From assembly GCA_033442325.1 (NCBI GenBank), contig JAWQFM010000021.1, positions 957,460 to 1,020,686 of the forward strand: DNA of 63,227 bases, given 5' to 3'. The stretch comes from Salpingoeca rosetta (taxonomy: Eukaryota; Protista; Choanoflagellata). The translations under genes were made by a program, and so were the position numbers. This document shows positions 1 through 16,700 of the stretch, in pieces. The number at the start of each line of letters is the position of its first letter. Position 1 is the first letter of the stretch. Below the pieces are notes generated by a model. That model made no database searches and was not told the origin of the DNA. It worked only from the letters and a program-made list of their open reading frames with translations.

Positions 1-121
1 GGGTATGGTGCGCCTGGTGTGTCGTAGACAGTCACCTCCTCCAGGCCAAAGATGGGCAGGGGCGCTGTACAAGGGGCCAAGCCAAATTGCATATCAGAGT
101 GAGCGCATTGTGAGTGTGTTT

Positions 122-175
<54 letters not shown>

Positions 176-1523
176 GCAGACACACGGCGTTGGAGGAGTG
201 GGGCGTGGGTGTTTGCTGTATCCTTGTTTCCGCTCTCTTGCGTGTCGTGTGATGCTTGGGAGGGTGCAAATGATGTGCCGCCCCTGCATGTCCAGCGAAA
301 AGCAGATTGGCCCCAGCGTCTTTCTCCGGGCGCTGCGACACCGTCGCCTGCCGAGATCGGGGGTGAGGGGGGGTGATGTGAGCGCGCGCGTGTATGTGTG
401 TGTGTGTGTGTCTGTCTGTCTGTATGTGTGTGTGTCTGTCTGTATGTGTGTGTGTCTATGTGTGTGTCTGTCCGTCCGTCTAGCTCTCTGTACGCACTTA
501 TAGGACGGAAAGCAAACCAGCGCTTCCTCATCAACACACGAGCACGCGTCAACAGCATCTTCTCCTTTTGGCTGAACCGATTGCTGTTGATGACAGACGA
601 TTTGCCAACCTTGATTGCGCCAAAGATAAACCCCTCCGTCCCGGGCTTTCTGGGAATACTCGTACACGTTCCTGTGCAGCGCACAAGCATATGCGAGTGA
701 CCTTGAGTATGCGTGAATGTGTGCGTCACGCGTGCCCCTCTTTTGAAACCACCCGCAATTTCTCGGACTCATTCACTTACTCNNNNNNNNNNNNNNNNNN
801 NNNNNNNNNNNNNNNNNNNNNNNNNNNNNNNNNNNNNNNNNNNNNNNNNNNNNNNNNNNNNNNNNNNNNNNNNNNNNNNNNNNNNNNNNNNNNNNNNNNN
901 NNNNNNNNNNNNNNNNNNNNNNNNNNNNNNNNNNNNNNNNNNNNNNNNNNNNNNNNNNNNNNNNNNNNNNNNNNNNNNNNNNNNNNNNNNNNNNNNNNNN
1001 NNNNNNNNNNNNNNNNNNNNNNNNNNNNNNNNNNNNNNNNNNNNNNNNNNNNNNNNNNNNNNNNNNNNNNNNNNNNNNNNNNNNNNNNNNNNNNNNNNNN
1101 NNNNNNNNNNNNNNNNNNNNNNNNNNNNNNNNNNNNNNNNNNNNNNNNNNNNNNNNNNNNNNNNNNNNNNNNNNNNNNNNNNNNNNNNNNNNNNNNNNNN
1201 NNNNNNNNNNNNNNNNNNNNNNNNNNNNNNNNNNNNNNNNNNNNNNNNNNNNNNNNNNNNNNNNNNNNNNNNNNNNNNNNNNNNNNNNNNNNNNNNNNNN
1301 NNNNNNNNNNNNNNNNNNNNNNNNNNNNNNNNNNNNNNNNNNNNNNNNNNNNNNNNNNNNNNNNNNNNNNNNNNNNNNNNNNNNNNNNNNNNNNNNNNNN
1401 NNNNNNNNNNNNNNNNNNNNNNNNNNNNNNNNNNNNNNNNNNNNNNNNNNNNNNNNNNNNNNNNNNNNNNNNNNNNNNNNNNNNNNNNNNNNNNNNNNNN
1501 NNNNNNNNNNNNNTGTCGTGTGT

Positions 1524-1583
<60 letters not shown>

Positions 1584-1816
1584 GTGTCTGTATGCATCAC
1601 AGACACGCACAGACACACACGCACACACGCGCGCGCACACACACAGACACACACACACACTCGATCACTCGCACCTTGCTGTTGCCATCGCTCCACAACG
1701 TTTGGGTTAACGTATCCTGTCATGGTGTGTTGATGCCATGTGGACGTGAGCGCGATGGAAGCATGGCAGGCGGTAGTCCATTGCGCGCACACATCACATC
1801 ACATCACAGCACACAC

Positions 1817-1849
<33 letters not shown>

Positions 1850-2173
1850 TCACACACACACACATCACACACACACACACACACACACGCGCGCGCGCGC
1901 ATCCACACCTGTGCCGCCTGGTTGCTGTGTTTGCAGTGCAACGCCGCAGCCGGCGCATTGAACCGGCAGCCTGTGCTGGTCATTCTTGATGGCCGTCACG
2001 TGGTCGCTACTGTCGTTGTTGTTGGCATCATCCGCACGCACCCCACGCGCAACGTGCAACCGAGCCGTGAAACGGTTCAAGGGCGGTGTAACGACGCTGC
2101 GACGCAACGCATGCACGCGACCTCTCCTGGCAGCAGCGATCGCAGCGAGCGACAAGCGGCCATGTGCAGCCAT
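1..2173 (-). CDS. NOA1: NOA1/YqeH-like circularly permuted GTPase (multi-exon, 3' end outside window, interrupted by N gap)
   Basis: Arg/Ala-rich N-terminus resembling a mitochondrial transit peptide (MAAHGRLSLAAIAAARRGR). Zn-finger start CAGCGVALQTQQPGGTG spliced to GYVNP. G1-like FIFGAIKVGKSSVIN (~590-640). G2-like ATVSQRP..TLGPICF (~300-345, one apparent frameshift). G3 VTVYDTPG (~12-35). Confidence 0.75.
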
Positions 2174-2858
2174 GCCGCGTGCCACCACACGACCACAACA
2201 CCTCATCATCGTTGTTGTTGTCTCGTTTCCGGATTTGCGTTGACCGTGGGCGTGTTGTGGTGTGATGTGTTGTTGGGTGATTTGATGACAGTGTGACACG
2301 GCAATGCCATTCACGGGCATGGCATACACACATCAGAAAGGAGGAACAGTGCAAGTACTACGGAATCAAGTCGATCATGGAACAAAGCACACCCAAGCAA
2401 GCAAGCAAGCCAGTGATGAAGGCAATAAACGGTGAGGGATCAGAAGGTGGTTGTGATAACTCGACTCAAAAGAAGGTGTCATGAAGCAGTAGAGGGCCCG
2501 AAGCGGGGCGCCAGAGGGGGGAGATGAGATACGCAAAGAGGGGCGCCAACGAACAAGCTCAACCGTGCAGCAGACTGACGGTAAGAAGTCGGAACAGACT
2601 TTACCATGGTTGAAAATACTGCTGGGAGCAAAAGAGGAAGAATGAAAGGCCCACGATAGAAGAACGTGACATGATGGTTAACGCAGGAGAAGAAAGGGAA
2701 GCGCACGGTGGACGTGAAACCAGGGGAGGAGCCGCTCAACTGGCCCGTTGCAATTGTGGGCGCTGTGGTCGTGATGCGGCGATACATCGCATGGTGGACT
2801 TTGGCCAGCACGAATGCACACGAGCACCAACACGAGAACCATCAGCGGCACGCGGGCA

Positions 2859-4154
2859 TCAGCAGCCAATGCGGATGTTGCGGCACCACCAGCTGCGCTG
2901 GTTCCCGCCGCGAATCGCCATCTCCACCGTGCGGATGGCGTGGGCCCGGTGAGTGTCCCTGAGGAACTGGATCCAGTCGGGCGAGTTGAGGGAGAAGGCG
3001 GTTGAGACGAGCGCATCAGCACCTCGGGTGAACACGTCGAGCGTGAAGCGCCCAAAGCTGAACGACTGCGGCATGGGCAAGGTGACCACGGGGCCAAGGT
3101 GCTGCTGGTGGTTGCAACGAATGCCTACCCGATCGGTGGCGGCGCTCACGCGCTGCCAAATGGGATTGCTGCGGTCAAATGGCAGCGACACAATGTCCGT
3201 GTCGATGCGGTACACAATCATGTTGCTGGTGCGGCGAGCAATGGCAGACAGCGGCGGGCTGTTGAAGCCGACGGCACAGCCGCGGCCTTCCGCAGCCTGC
3301 ACGCCAGCCAGCGCCCCGCCGAGGCTGTGGCCGGTGAACATGACGATGCGGGCGTCGGGCATGGCTGCGCGGGCACGGGTGACAATGTCGCGGGCCTGCT
3401 GCATGTACGAGGCCGGCGTGTTACTGCAGAACATCTGGAAGTTCTGCGCCCAGTCACCAACATCGGTGAAGCGTGTGCCCATGAAGGTAAGCACACGAGC
3501 AGAGTTCGGCCGCACGCGGACGTGGTCACGCAGCCAGCCGTGCTGGAAGGTGCCCACGGCAAACACGAGCGCGCGCACTCGAAAGGATGCCAAGTGGTTC
3601 GTTGCCACGTCCTCGGGCTGGTTGCGGAAGTTCTGCCAGTTGTACACGCGGTCGGAGAAGCCCGCCAGCTCAAGCAAGGTGTCCCTGGGCCAGTTGTTTT
3701 GGCACACAAGGCTACGGCGAGATCGTGTTGTGTTGTTGCTGTTGTTGCTGTCGCCGTTGATCCCTTGCTCTTCTTGCTCATCTTCTTCGGCGTCAGCTTG
3801 CTCCAGCAGGCTTTGCATCTCGTCCAGGTCCATGTAGTTTGCAAAGGAGTCTTCCTCCAAGTGGCTGTTGTAGTCAACCTCGCGCACGTCGACCTCGTTA
3901 ATCTCGTGCGTCACGACAGCAACGGACGCGCCGTCCTCATACTTGTGCTCGCGCAAAGCAACCGGCACGGCAACAGCCACCACCAGCGCCACAACAACCA
4001 CGCCAACCAGAAGCCACTTCTGCGTCCGGCTCAGCACGCTGCCTGAAGAAGACGCTGTTGTCAGCGGCACAACAACGTCGTCTTCCTCCTCTGCTGCCAG
4101 CTGGGCGCCCGCTTCGTCCTCAGGGACGAGCAGCTTGTAGTCCGTCGATGACAT
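2859..4154 (-). CDS. Class-3 (alpha/beta hydrolase) lipase with N-terminal transmembrane anchor, apparently intronless
   Basis: Nucleophile elbow FTGHSLGGALA, LTFMGT lid/oxyanion region, FNSPP, DIV acid residue, late His (HAI). TM segment WLLVGVVVVALVVAVAVPV. ATG of MSSTDYKLL at 4154. Confidence 0.8.
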   Translation of the reverse strand: MSSTDYKLLVPEDEAGAQLAAEEEDDVVVPLTTASSSGSVLSRTQKWLLVGVVVVALVVAVAVPVALREHKYEDGASVAVVTHEINEVDVREVDYNSHLEEDSFANYMDLDEMQSLLEQADAEEDEQEEQGINGDSNNSNNTTRSRRSLVCQNNWPRDTLLELAGFSDRVYNWQNFRNQPEDVATNHLASFRVRALVFAVGTFQHGWLRDHVRVRPNSARVLTFMGTRFTDVGDWAQNFQMFCSNTPASYMQQARDIVTRARAAMPDARIVMFTGHSLGGALAGVQAAEGRGCAVGFNSPPLSAIARRTSNMIVYRIDTDIVSLPFDRSNPIWQRVSAATDRVGIRCNHQQHLGPVVTLPMPQSFSFGRFTLDVFTRGADALVSTAFSLNSPDWIQFLRDTHRAHAIRTVEMAIRGGNQRSWWCRNIRIGC

Positions 4155-4571
4155 TGGTGGGTCGGTCGGTCGTTTTGGCTGTTGGAGACGTGGAGGGTGG
4201 TGGAAAGTGTGCGTGTGTGTGGCTTGGTCGTCCTGGAGCAACCACCCAAACAAAGAGACAATAGCAGCGGTCAAAACTGCTGTGCCTTTTTTCCCTCGTT
4301 TGGGAGAGAGTCGTAGCGAAAGTTGAGCTATCCGCCGAAACGCGACTGAATTCAGCCTAAACGTGGGCGCACGCATTGTGTTATTCGTGCACGGAATTCG
4401 AGGTGGATGCATCGAAAAGTTTTTAATTTGTCTGGAACGAAGAACAACTCACATGCGAGCATCGGAGCGGACGCGCGAGCGAGCGAGCAGAAAAGGAGAA
4501 GAGAAGAGGAGAAGAAGGAGAGAAGGAACGCAGGCGCCAGGCAGATGCAGGGGACATGTGTGGTGGTGTCA

Positions 4572-10061
<5,490 letters not shown>

Positions 10062-10270
10062 GGTCGGTGGTGGGCTTGTTTGTTGTTTTGTGGTGGCAGA
10101 CAGACAGACGGTTTTTCGGCTTGTTCGTCGCCAACGAATTGGGAGGATTATGGACGCTGCCCGGCAAAAATCTACATTTCAAGGCAAGAGAGAAGAGGAA
10201 CAGCAGGCAGGAGGAAGAGAAGACACGAAGCAACTCACACAACAACTCCGCAACCACATCACAGATCGCG
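10062..10270. promoter_or_regulatory. Probable bidirectional promoter between TTC30 (-) and rhodanese (+)
   Basis: Divergent start codons only ~210 bp apart. No specific motif identified. Confidence 0.5.
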
Positions 10271-10790
10271 ATGATGATGTCTGCGACGACGTGGCTGCTG
10301 CGCCGCAAGTTCCCGACAGTGCAGCAGGTTTGTTTTGCTGCAAAATGAATGAGAAAGGAGTAGCAAAGGCGGCGGGGGAAACGAGAAGGTGCTGTTTACT
10401 TGCAAGGGCAACAACGCAAATGACAGCGTGTGGCAAACACAACACACACACACGCACACACACACACACACTCACTCACTCACACACTCACTCACTCACA
10501 CACACACACATACACACACCATGCATCCTCACAACAGATGCAGACGGACGAGCTGGATCAATTGGACAAGAAGAAGCGCATCCTGCTTGACGTTCGGCCA
10601 GAAGAAGAGTACGCCATCAGCCATCTTCCAGATGCCATTCGCGTAGATCCAGACAACGTTGGTGAGTGTGTGTGTGTGTGTGATTGGTTGTGGGTATGTG
10701 CTTGGGTGAAAACGGAGAGAGTAGGTTGCAGGATTTGGAGCGATGCCCTTGGGGTCGCCTTTCCCTTCAACTTCGCCCTCACACACACAC

Positions 10791-10864
<74 letters not shown>

Positions 10865-11206
10865 CAAGCACAGGAAGCGCTGAGGGAAAAGGGGTACAAG
10901 CCTGGAACGCCAGTCGTCTGCTACTGCAGCGTCGGGTACAGGTCAAGTAAACTGGCACAGATGCTTGCCGAAGCATCAACGCAGGCCGCCGCCCCCACAG
11001 ATTCCACGGCAACGACGCAAGAGGGCAAGGACAACGCGTGTAAAGTGGACCCCAAAGACTGCTACAACTTGGAGGGCTCCATCTTCAAGTGGGCAAACGA
11101 AGGCCGGCCCATCACCAACACTAGCGGCGGCACCGCCAACAAGGTGCACCCATACAACGGCGTCTTCGGCCATCTCCTCGACGCAAACCTGCGCCACCAA
11201 CTCTGA
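10271..11206 (+). CDS. Single-domain rhodanese/sulfurtransferase-like protein (3 exons)
   Basis: Exon 1 MMMSATTWLLRRKFPTVQQ|gtttgt. ILLDVRPEEEYAISHLPDA, active-site loop VCYCSVGYRS, YNLEGSIFKWANEGRP, VHPYN. Confidence 0.88.
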
Positions 11207-12133
11207 TCCTATGTTGCGTGTGGGACGTGTACTGGAGTGCGGTGGTGATTTTCGTTGCTGCTGCCACGCCATGTTTGCCAGTTACTTCCTTTTCTTGTTA
11301 CAACCCCCTTTCTTACTGTCCGCTGCCCCAACGCACCGCCTTGGATGCCTTACCTGCCTTTTTCTTGCGTTTGCATTAATCGAATCCCACCGAAGTTCCA
11401 ACACCTCCTTCGTTGCGCTGCACAACAGCGCTACAGTTTCGCAGTTTCGGGGGAACGCTGTATTGTATGACCAGAGATGGAACAGAGCGTAACGGGCGGG
11501 GAGGAGAAAGGTGAATGAAGGCTGTGGGGGAGGACAAGCGACGACGGAAAGGCGACATTCAGTATGGAAGGGCAAAACAACGGGCGCATGGTCGGGGGAC
11601 GAAAAGCGGGAAGGACGAAAAGTGGAGGGGGAACGGGAAGGACCACTGGACCACCAAACAGAAACAAGTGTGCTTGGGAGGAAACGGTGAACCAAAGGCA
11701 GCTGTAACGTGCCAACACGTGAAAGGACCGACAAAGGCACACGACAGGATGACGAAGAATCTACACGCACTGCAGAGGAAAGTTGATAGCACCGTAAACT
11801 GACAAGGCGGGCACTTGCCGTGTCTCCTCACAAGAACAAAGAAATACAACAAGAGCCGGTGTGCTCGTGCCTGCGCAACGAAAGGAAAGAATGGAAGCTT
11901 GCAAAAATGTTGTACCGTCAACAAACGCAGCAGAATGGCAGAAGACTATCCAGCACCATGGAACAAGGAAGCGACAAAGCAACAAAGCAACAATCTGCCA
12001 TGATACAGCAATGGCAAGCGTGAACTGAGAGTGTGAAGGAGGGGGATGACGAGACGAGACGCCTAGATGTAACACCGAACCAGTGACGCAACACCACCAC
12101 CCTTGTTGGCGCACGGGTGGCGGGCTGTTGCGT

Positions 12134-12934
12134 TCAGGCCTCAAACACGAGGATGCCGCGCACGAGGACACAGGACGGGTCGTTGATCACAATCTCGGCG
12201 GCTGTGCGCTTGCTGGCCCATTCTGTGGGTGCGAGGGGGAATGCGTCAGCCTTGCTGCCGGTGCTGAAATCGACGACGGCAACATGGGCGTCGTGTCCGC
12301 CAACGAGCGGCTTGCCGTTAAAGGTGACAGCGTCCGGCACTGGGTATGGGTTGCCATACTGCACGTCACACACCAGGACCACCCGGAACTGCTTGCCTGC
12401 AGGCAAATTCAGGTGCTGCAGCTCAGGCGGCACATCCTTACACTTCTTCGTGTACTCGAGAGCATAGTCGAGGTCGTGCGTAAAGTAGAAGCCAGCACCG
12501 TACCAGCCATTGTCAGTCTTCTGCAGCTGTGCGAAATCGCCGCCCAGGATGCTCATAGCAACTTTGAATGACGGCACGCCGTGGAACACGCGCTGCAGGC
12601 GAAGATGCACATCGGGCTGCATCATGGCCTGGTCCAGCACCTTGTACGATGAAGCGCCAGCAGGGTGGAGAGTGACTTGAGCAAGGACAGCAGCCTCCTC
12701 GGCGTTGGTGGGCGCACCCGTTGCCGTATCGATCTTGTACTTGGGATGGAACGGGTGGTTGGCGCTGCTCATGTGGCCAAGATAACGGGTCTGGTTGCGG
12801 TGAACTGCGCCGTTGAAGGCAGCGTTCTTCTGGCTGCACTGCACAACAACGACACCAGTTACAGCCTTGCCAAAGGGCTGCAGAGGAGCTGCTGTTGCTT
12901 CATCACTTGAGCGGCCGCCAGCTTCCGTGATCAT
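12134..12934 (-). CDS. PARP-like ADP-ribosyltransferase catalytic exon (H-Y-E triad)
   Basis: LQRVFHG...GWYGAGFYFTHDLDYALEY...VLVCDVQYG...GHDAH...AAEIVI matches the diphtheria-toxin-like ART/PARP fold signature. Confidence 0.8.
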   Translation of the reverse strand: MITEAGGRSSDEATAAPLQPFGKAVTGVVVVQCSQKNAAFNGAVHRNQTRYLGHMSSANHPFHPKYKIDTATGAPTNAEEAAVLAQVTLHPAGASSYKVLDQAMMQPDVHLRLQRVFHGVPSFKVAMSILGGDFAQLQKTDNGWYGAGFYFTHDLDYALEYTKKCKDVPPELQHLNLPAGKQFRVVLVCDVQYGNPYPVPDAVTFNGKPLVGGHDAHVAVVDFSTGSKADAFPLAPTEWASKRTAAEIVINDPSCVLVRGILVFEA

Positions 12935-13063
12935 CTGTCGTGTGGTTGTGGGGTGGGAGACAAGAGAAGAGTGGGTGACCGGTGAGTGTGAAAGGGAGTG
13001 ATGAAGGGATGGGATGAAGGGGCGTGATTAACATGTCGCAGCAACCCATTGCTTCACACGAAT

Positions 13064-13111
<48 letters not shown>

Positions 13112-13673
13112 TCTCACCTGTTTGGCGATGGCGATGCCCTTGTCGTGGGCAGCGCCAACCGCAGCAATGCGCACGGACGCGCGTGTTGGATGAGTCACCA
13201 TGAACGACTGCAGTGGTTCGAGGACGTCCGGCTGCCACTTCCACGCCGCATTGGCAGGACCGTGCAGCTGCTCGTGTTGCTGTTCCATATCAACTGCATG
13301 CTGTTCTTTGGCGGCTGTGTACTGCCCACCCAGCGTGCCTTGCAGCTGAACAAAGGAAGGTCGATTACCGCTCACATCAAAGCACTGGCCAAGCACCTGC
13401 TGCACCGCATCGCTCAGCCTGCGACCATCAACCTCAACGTCGAGTGGAAGGTATCAACTGGAAGTCCCAAGATCGGGGGCCAAAGGGCTGCAGAGGAGCT
13501 GCTGTTGCTTCATCACTTGAGCGGCCGCCAGCTTCCGTGATCATCTGTCGTGTGGTTGTGGGGTGGGAGACAAGAGAAGAGTGGGTGACCGGTGAGTGTG
13601 AAAGGGAGTGATGAAGGGATGGGATGAAGGGGCGTGATTAACATGTCGCAGCAACCCATTGCTTCACACGAAT

Positions 13674-13721
<48 letters not shown>

Positions 13722-16700
13722 TCTCACCTGTTTGGCGATGGCGATGCCCTTGTCGTGGGCAGCGCCAACCGCAGCAATGCGCACGGACGCGCGTGTTGGA
13801 TGAGTCACCATGAACGACTGCAGTGGTTCGAGGACGTCCGGCTGCCACTTCCACGCCGCATTGGCAGGACCGTGCAGCTGCTCGTGTTGCTGTTCCATAT
13901 CAACTGCATGCTGTTCTTTGGCGGCTGTGTACTGCCCACCCAGCGTGCCTTGCAGCTGAACAAAGGAAGGTCGATTACCGCTCACATCAAAGCACTGGCC
14001 AAGCACCTGCTGCACCGCATCGCTCAGCCTGCGACCATCAACCTCAACGTCGAGTGGAAGGTATCTGCCCTTCTCATACGCTCTGGCAATTGTGGAGATG
14101 TTCGCGCCACCCAGAGCAGCGTATTTGCCGTGGTGCCATGGTTTGATGTTGAGGAACAGCTCCCACACGAGAACGGCAAAGGAAAACACGTCCGTGTCCA
14201 TGCGGAGCTCCTGTCCCTCCAACAGCTGTTCCGGCGATGCCCACAGCGGTGTGCCACCACCATGTGTCAGCACGGACTTGTCTGCCGACTTGAAGGTGCT
14301 CAGGCCAAAGTCCGTCACCTTGGCGGAGAGTGATGCGTCCAGCAGCACGTTGGGCGACTTGAGGTCGCGGTGCACGACGTTGTGGGCGTGCAGGAAAGCC
14401 ATGGCACATGCCACCTCGAAAGCAATGCGCAGGCGGGTTGGCCCATCAAGCGGTTGCTTCTTCACGTGCAACAAGTCGTAGAGGGACCCGTTCTCGGCCC
14501 AACTCAGCACAAAGGCCAGCGTCTGGCTTTGCTCATCGTGGGTGAGGCCAAGGAAGTGCACAATGTTGGGATGACGGAGGGAGAGCAGGATGAGCGCCTC
14601 GCGTCGCAGCTGCTTCAAGTGGTCTGGAATGTCCTCAGACCCGGCAACGCATGCAATGATCTCGGGGAGGCGAGGGCGATTCTGCACTGGGGTTTGCTTG
14701 AGAGCAACCGGCTGTCCTGCCAGCTCTGCCTTGAAGAGAGAACCAAAGGCGCCACCAACTTGCTTGCCGTTGATGTCGAAAACTCGCACTTTTCCCACAA
14801 AACGGGACGACGGGATGTTCAGGTTCAACACGCCCTCTGTATGCAGACGCAAGAGGTGGTATGCAGACGATGAGGCGATGAAGGCGAGAACCGCGTGGGT
14901 TGCAGATTTCAAACACAACCAACGTAAGTGAAATGGACGTTGTGTAATTCGACACCACCAACAGAACTGCACTGACCGAGTTGCTCTTCCCAGTTGTCCT
15001 TGAGTTCTACGCGTGTCTTGAAGAAGGCGTTCTCCTGTGCCAACTGTTGTGAATGCGATTCTGGCACACAAGAAGAAGAGATGGGGTTGGAGTGAGGAGG
15101 AAAGCAACTGAGAAAACCAAAAAGAGAGCAGAGAGTAAACACCTGCACCGCGCTGTCAACAGTCACGCACAACATTACCAAAGTTCTTGACGATGTCTTC
15201 AGAGTTGCTGAGAGATTCACTCAGCGCAGTAACTTGCTGCTCAAGTTCGGCGATGCGCGCGTCTGAAGTGGGGTGGATGAGGGAGTTGAAAGATGTTGTG
15301 AGAGGAATGGGGAGCACGGGACAAAGGAGGGGGAGAGGATAGGTGCAGGTGGAAACGTTGGCAATCGCATCCACTCACCTGCATCATTGAGGGAGGATGT
15401 CTTGGACGCGAGTTGCTGCTGGACTGACTGGAGGTTCTGCTGCAGGCTCGAGACTTGCTGGTGCAACTTCGTGTTCTTCTGTTGTAGACTTGCAGTCTGC
15501 TTGCTGAGGCTGCCGTTCTTCTTCTGCAGCGCATTCTTTGCCTGCTTCAGCTTTGCGTTTGCTTGTTGGACCGCGCTGAGTTCTGCATCTGTGTCGTGCC
15601 CAGGTACACCGTGTCGTGTGGCGTGGCGTGGAAACATGAGACAGGCTGACGCACAGAAAGTGTGTATCGAAGCACGGTGGTGGTTGCTCACCTTTCTCTT
15701 GCAGCTTCTTCTTGAGCGCAGCAATCTCCGACTGGTATGAAAATACAATGTTGAAGGTGAATGCGTGAAACGTGTGAGATTGTGGGCACAATGGAAGAGC
15801 AATACAGGTCAAGTGCGGCTGGAGAGCGACAACGCACCGACGGCTTGGACGATGAGCCTGGCGAAGACGGGGGAGCGACTGCGTCGTATTTCGGGTGGGA
15901 AGGTTGCGGCGTGTTTTGCTGGCGGCGCTCGCTCATGCGCTTGTCAAACGCGTGTCTCGCATCTTCGTCCCTGTCGCGACTAATACAACAGCATTGAGGC
16001 AAACGGCAAGAGTGGTGTGGGCTCAGGCAGCAACATCGTCACGCAGTCGCTCGGCTTGGCGGGGGCTTATGTCGAAATACATTGCACGTATCAAACGGGA
16101 TAATCAACGTACAACTTGACGGTGATGTTGCGATGGGGATCGAGCGCATTGGCGATGGTGATGGCGTGGTCGGCAGTCATCCAAACTCGGCTCAAACTGC
16201 AGGACGTAGAACAAAGAACTAGATTGTGAGAAGAAATGGTTGATGTGACATGTCCCCGAATGCAAGCCAATGGCAAAACGACATGCCATGCTTGAAAGCG
16301 CATAGGGCAGAGTGAACGTACTCCAGGGTCTGCAGGCGGTGGTTGGACTTGAGGGCAACAGCAAGGGCGTCGATGTACGCGTCACTGCGAAAGAGTGGAA
16401 GGCGAGCATTGATTGAACATAAGGAAAGTGTGAATCACACGAAACCACCACAAACCAAACGTATTCAGCGCATCATTGTCAATAATACAGTTCACGCTCG
16501 TGTGAGCGCGTGAGTATATGAGTGTGTGAGCGGGTCAGCTACAAGCATCCGTCACTCAACGCAAACTCACAACACTTGTCACCCAACAGAGTCCACAACA
16601 CATGCACCCAAGTACTCAATTGCGCAAACAAACCTCGCTCAACCACAACAACAACACCAACCATCACAAACACACACCACACACTCCCATCACCTTCCTC

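Noticed and set aside
783-1513. Long ORFs running through N gaps (also 18557-18740, 34516-34615, 59992-60539)
   Set aside because: Artefacts of translating Ns.
16457-16500. Possible exon VNCIIDNDALNTF in the degenerate terminal unit
   Set aside because: Its donor would be phase 1 while the next LRR exon needs phase 2. The phase-compatible frame has stops.
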